Below the pieces are notes generated by a model that saw only the letters and a list, made by a program, of their open reading frames with translations, did no database searches and was not told the origin of the DNA. From a virus, in the IMG/VR virus record IMGVR_UViG_3300020198_001494, positions 1-64,000 of that record: a stretch of 64,000 nt of DNA; one strand, written 5' to 3'. Position numbers and translations under genes: made by a program. Positions 60,887 through 64,000 of the stretch are shown here, in pieces. Every line of letters begins with the position of its first letter. Positions within the stretch are counted from its first letter, which is position 1.

Positions 60887-61408
60887 TTAACTCTCGTCGT
60901 CCTTATTAAAGACTCTCCGCTCCAACTCATTAGTAACCCTATCGATCTTAGAAGCAATCTTAGGATTAACTTTTTCAGCTTTTCCAGCTAATTCATCTAA
61001 TCTATCTATAATAGAGCTAAACTTTTCTAGTCTATTAACTTCATCTAAAATATCGCTATCGCTCTCACTAAAACTTTCACTATCACTTAAAGAACTAAAA
61101 CTCTCACTATCACTTAAATCACTTAAACTTAGATCACTTAAACTTAGATCGCTAAAATCAAAACTAGTTGACTCACTTTCACTAAGACTTAAACTTTCTG
61201 CCGCTTTCTTAGAACGAACATTACTTGCTCGCGGCATTCCAACGGGCTCTTCAGAAGGGGCCTCACTCTCTTCCTCTTTTGTGCCAGGAAAAGTAACTAA
61301 AAGCTTCGTGTCGCACTTCGGGCAGTTAAATTCAGCTACAGTAGTCCCATCTGCTGCCACTTTGGCGAACCCTTCGTACCATCTATCACGGCTTGCTTTT
61401 CTAGACAT
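60887..61408 (-). CDS. Hypothetical head-region protein with Ser/Asp low-complexity insert
   Basis: GAGG SD; CPKC; SDLSLSDLSLSD.. tract; helical C-terminus. Confidence 0.6.
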   Translation of the reverse strand: MSRKASRDRWYEGFAKVAADGTTVAEFNCPKCDTKLLVTFPGTKEEESEAPSEEPVGMPRASNVRSKKAAESLSLSESESTSFDFSDLSLSDLSLSDLSDSESFSSLSDSESFSESDSDILDEVNRLEKFSSIIDRLDELAGKAEKVNPKIASKIDRVTNELERRVFNKDDES

Positions 61409-61503
61409 AGGTACCTCGAAATGATAAAATATCCGAATACTAAAACTCGGAATAGCGACTAACGAAAAAGAAATTTTTCTAACTTACAAATAATATTAAT
61501 TAT

Positions 61504-64000
61504 TTACAAATAATCAAATCTTCTATTTCGCTTTAAATGGCTCTTTATTATTGTTTCTTCCATAATAGCTGGTCCAGGTAATTGTTGTTTATTAAGTTCT
61601 TCTAAATACTGATCCCAGTCAAATTCTTCTTCGTCATCATCTAAAGGCTCAGCGAAAAATATTCCGGACATATTTGACTTATTAGCAGGAGCGGGTTTAT
61701 ATGGAGGATCTTCTTCCTCCTCATCTAAAGAACCTAAACCGTCATCTACTTCCCCAGAAAGATCTAAATCTGCAAAAGGATCATCACTACTAACTTCATC
61801 GCCACTTTCTTGTTCTGCATCACTTGGATCTTCTGACTGATCCTCATCTTCCATAAAATAATCTAAACCAGCCTCTTCCTCTGCTGGGTCTTTCTTTTTT
61901 TTATCCTCTTCAGCGAATAATAATCTTCCCCCACCTAAGGAAGCTGTTACTGGCATACCCTTAACTAAAGACTGCACTGAACTGTACCCTGGATTTGCTG
62001 CATAAGATAAATAAATTGTGTCCTGCTCCTGATTTAGAACATTTCTCAAAACAGCCCCAGGGAAGGCAGGTTGTGCTACCCAGGAAGCTTCAATGAAACG
62101 AACTGAAGAAGAATCAGACTCATGCCCGCAATTATGAGTAACAATACCATCTATTATATAAGAATGATCCTCTTCTACTTCCAAATTAAATACTTCACCA
62201 ACATATGGTTCAGATTCTATAGAAACAACTTTATGTAAATTATACTTCTCTCCATTATGTTGCCCGCGTGGTTTACTTATCTCTATTTTTCTACAATCGC
62301 CTAGAAAATTACTAAATTGTTTATCGGATAAATCAGAATTTACTGATAAATCATAAACATCTTTTGGAGATAAATAAAGTTGAAAACTTGCTCTCCAATT
62401 TCTATCGTCTTTAACTTCTTCTATATTTCTATTAATGGATCTTAAAGCACTAAGAGTAGTTTTTTTATCGTTAAAAATAACCTGTCCTCTATTCCAAATA
62501 TTTAATCTTGTGGCTATTATCTCAAAATCATGAAATAATTTCTCTGAAGTAGTATAACCCCTAACCCTACCCTGCTCATCTATAGAACCATCACCAGTTA
62601 GCCACCCCTCCAAAAGTTTTCTCTGTATAGAAAGAGGTGATTTAAGTAATTTACTAGAAAGGGATTTTTCCCAGGCTCTTTTTCCAGAACAATGTTTCTT
62701 CACAAAATACCAAAAGTCTTTAGACTCTACCACCACAGATAATTTTTTTGCTGATGCAATAACTGCTCTAGTACTATTATTAAAATCTTTTATTAAATGA
62801 CCAACATTTTTTTCCATTTCTGAACGTTCATAATGATAAATCTTTACTTTACTATCTTCAAAATCTCTCTCAATTATTTCCTTAATCTTATCAGCAATAT
62901 CCATTTCATCATTACCGTTTAAAGTAAAACGTACTTCATAGTTTAATCTAGAGGAATCATCATAATATCCTTCTGCGGCATATAACCCTATAACCCATGC
63001 GGTATCTGCCGTTATTCCGAAGGATCTTCTCGCTGAATCTCTACTTTTTGATATTCTTGGAGCTTGTTTAACTAAAAAATCCCCTACTTTAATATCTTTA
63101 GCTTCTTTAAAAGATAACTCCCCAGTAATTTTATCGTAAACATAATGTGGATGATTGTAAGTAGAGCGTATATTGTTAATGCCACCCTCTATCTTAATGT
63201 TAATTAAATTACCAACAAAATCTTTTCTAAATGTTTTTGTAACTTTTCTCCCAGACCCTTTATGAGTAATTACCATGTCCCCAACATTCACTTCATCGAT
63301 ATATTTATATTCACCATCAGCCATAAGAACTTTGTTATCCCAGGGCAGACAGAGTTCTGCTATCATACGAACATTTCCGTATTTATCTTGGAAATATTGT
63401 CCTTTATTAGCTCTAACACAAATACATAAGCCACTTTCATCTGCCGCTAAATTACCACATTTAGTACAGATCGTATAAGCAGCAATACAACCCATAGACA
63501 TTGCATTATAAGATCCAACTCTTATTTTATTAATAAGATCTCTATGTTTTTTATGAGTAGCTACCAAAATATCTGTATACAATGTATCATTATTTACTTC
63601 TCTTAAAACAGCATCTACGATCTTACCCTTAGACAAAGCAGGAACTTGAACATGCTCCACATAATTTTCTGCTCCTATAAATGTTTTATAGGTTTTTTTA
63701 AGGACTCCACGAGTCCAGCTATCACAGTTATGAACTAAAACACCATTAGCTACATAAGTATGATTATCCTCTACCTCTATGTTATAGACTTTATCAGAAA
63801 AAGGTACTTCTTTAATATTTCTAACTGAATGATAAGTAAAATCTTGGTCTGCTAAATAACGTACAAAATTTCTCTTAGTCACTACCTTGAAAGAATAAGT
63901 AGAGTCACGCATAAGATCTTCTAAATATCCTTGTTGTATATTAATTTGATAAGAGTCATTGTCATAAAAAGTCTTACCAGATAACTTTCCAGACGTTCTT
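61504..64000 (-). CDS. Prohead (capsid maturation) protease-like protein with at least two inteins; 5'-truncated
   Basis: Frame is open to the window end; exteins YKTFIG..YVEH..GKIVDA..SMGC..CTKCGN..IEASWV..PAF.GA match an assemblin/HK97-type protease layout; acidic tail; lies upstream of the capsid genes. Confidence 0.7.
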   Translation of the reverse strand, partial: RTSGKLSGKTFYDNDSYQINIQQGYLEDLMRDSTYSFKVVTKRNFVRYLADQDFTYHSVRNIKEVPFSDKVYNIEVEDNHTYVANGVLVHNCDSWTRGVLKKTYKTFIGAENYVEHVQVPALSKGKIVDAVLREVNNDTLYTDILVATHKKHRDLINKIRVGSYNAMSMGCIAAYTICTKCGNLAADESGLCICVRANKGQYFQDKYGNVRMIAELCLPWDNKVLMADGEYKYIDEVNVGDMVITHKGSGRKVTKTFRKDFVGNLINIKIEGGINNIRSTYNHPHYVYDKITGELSFKEAKDIKVGDFLVKQAPRISKSRDSARRSFGITADTAWVIGLYAAEGYYDDSSRLNYEVRFTLNGNDEMDIADKIKEIIERDFEDSKVKIYHYERSEMEKNVGHLIKDFNNSTRAVIASAKKLSVVVESKDFWYFVKKHCSGKRAWEKSLSSKLLKSPLSIQRKLLEGWLTGDGSIDEQGRVRGYTTSEKLFHDFEIIATRLNIWNRGQVIFNDKKTTLSALRSINRNIEEVKDDRNWRASFQLYLSPKDVYDLSVNSDLSDKQFSNFLGDCRKIEISKPRGQHNGEKYNLHKVVSIESEPYVGEVFNLEVEEDHSYIIDGIVTHNCGHESDSSSVRFIEASWVAQPAFPGAVLRNVLNQEQDTIYLSYAANPGYSSVQSLVKGMPVTASLGGGRLLFAEEDKKKKDPAEEEAGLDYFMEDEDQSEDPSDAEQESGDEVSSDDPFADLDLSGEVDDGLGSLDEEEEDPPYKPAPANKSNMSGIFFAEPLDDDEEEFDWDQYLEELNKQQLPGPAIMEETIIKSHLKRNRRFDYL
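62131..63351 (-). mobile_element. Intein with LAGLIDADG endonuclease (407 aa)
   Basis: N-junction L/CLPWDNKVLMADG, block B TYNHP, motifs IGLYAAEG and LEGWLTGDG, C-junction VFNLEVEEDHSY...THN/C. Confidence 0.95.
63727..64000 (-). mobile_element. C-terminal part of a second intein
   Basis: VYNIEVEDNHTYVANGVLVHN/C C-terminal splice motif; N-terminal part lies outside the window. Confidence 0.9.

Noticed and set aside
1-64000. Stop-codon reassignment
   Set aside because: Standard code gives dense, full-length ORFs; TAG, TAA and TGA all end genes

Overview
AT-rich segment of a large tailed dsDNA phage (myovirus-type, probably jumbo-sized) read in the standard genetic code. It covers the virion structural module, almost entirely on the minus strand. 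In transcription order (right to left): an intein-split prohead protease-like gene (5'-truncated), acidic scaffold-like proteins, a capsid decoration-like protein, the major capsid protein, a lone antisense Myb-repeat LAGLIDADG endonuclease, fibre-like and neck/adaptor proteins, an actin-fold ATPase with a coiled-coil neighbour, a SWIM-finger protein, a free-standing HNH nuclease, tail terminator-like, sheath, tube and two chaperone-like genes. These are followed by FOUR tandem paralogous tape-measure-like proteins (two with different C-terminal peptidoglycan hydrolases), two tube-initiator-like paralogues, hub, spike and giant Ig/NHL proteins. No portal, terminase, RNA gene or CRISPR array was seen. 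The most notable observations are the quadruplicated tape-measure locus, the volactin-like actin module, [KR]-x-A motifs in putative head-cargo proteins, an intergenic ATTTATAT(G) motif and a probable ATT start codon. All family assignments come from recognising motifs by eye and need HMM or structure searches to confirm.
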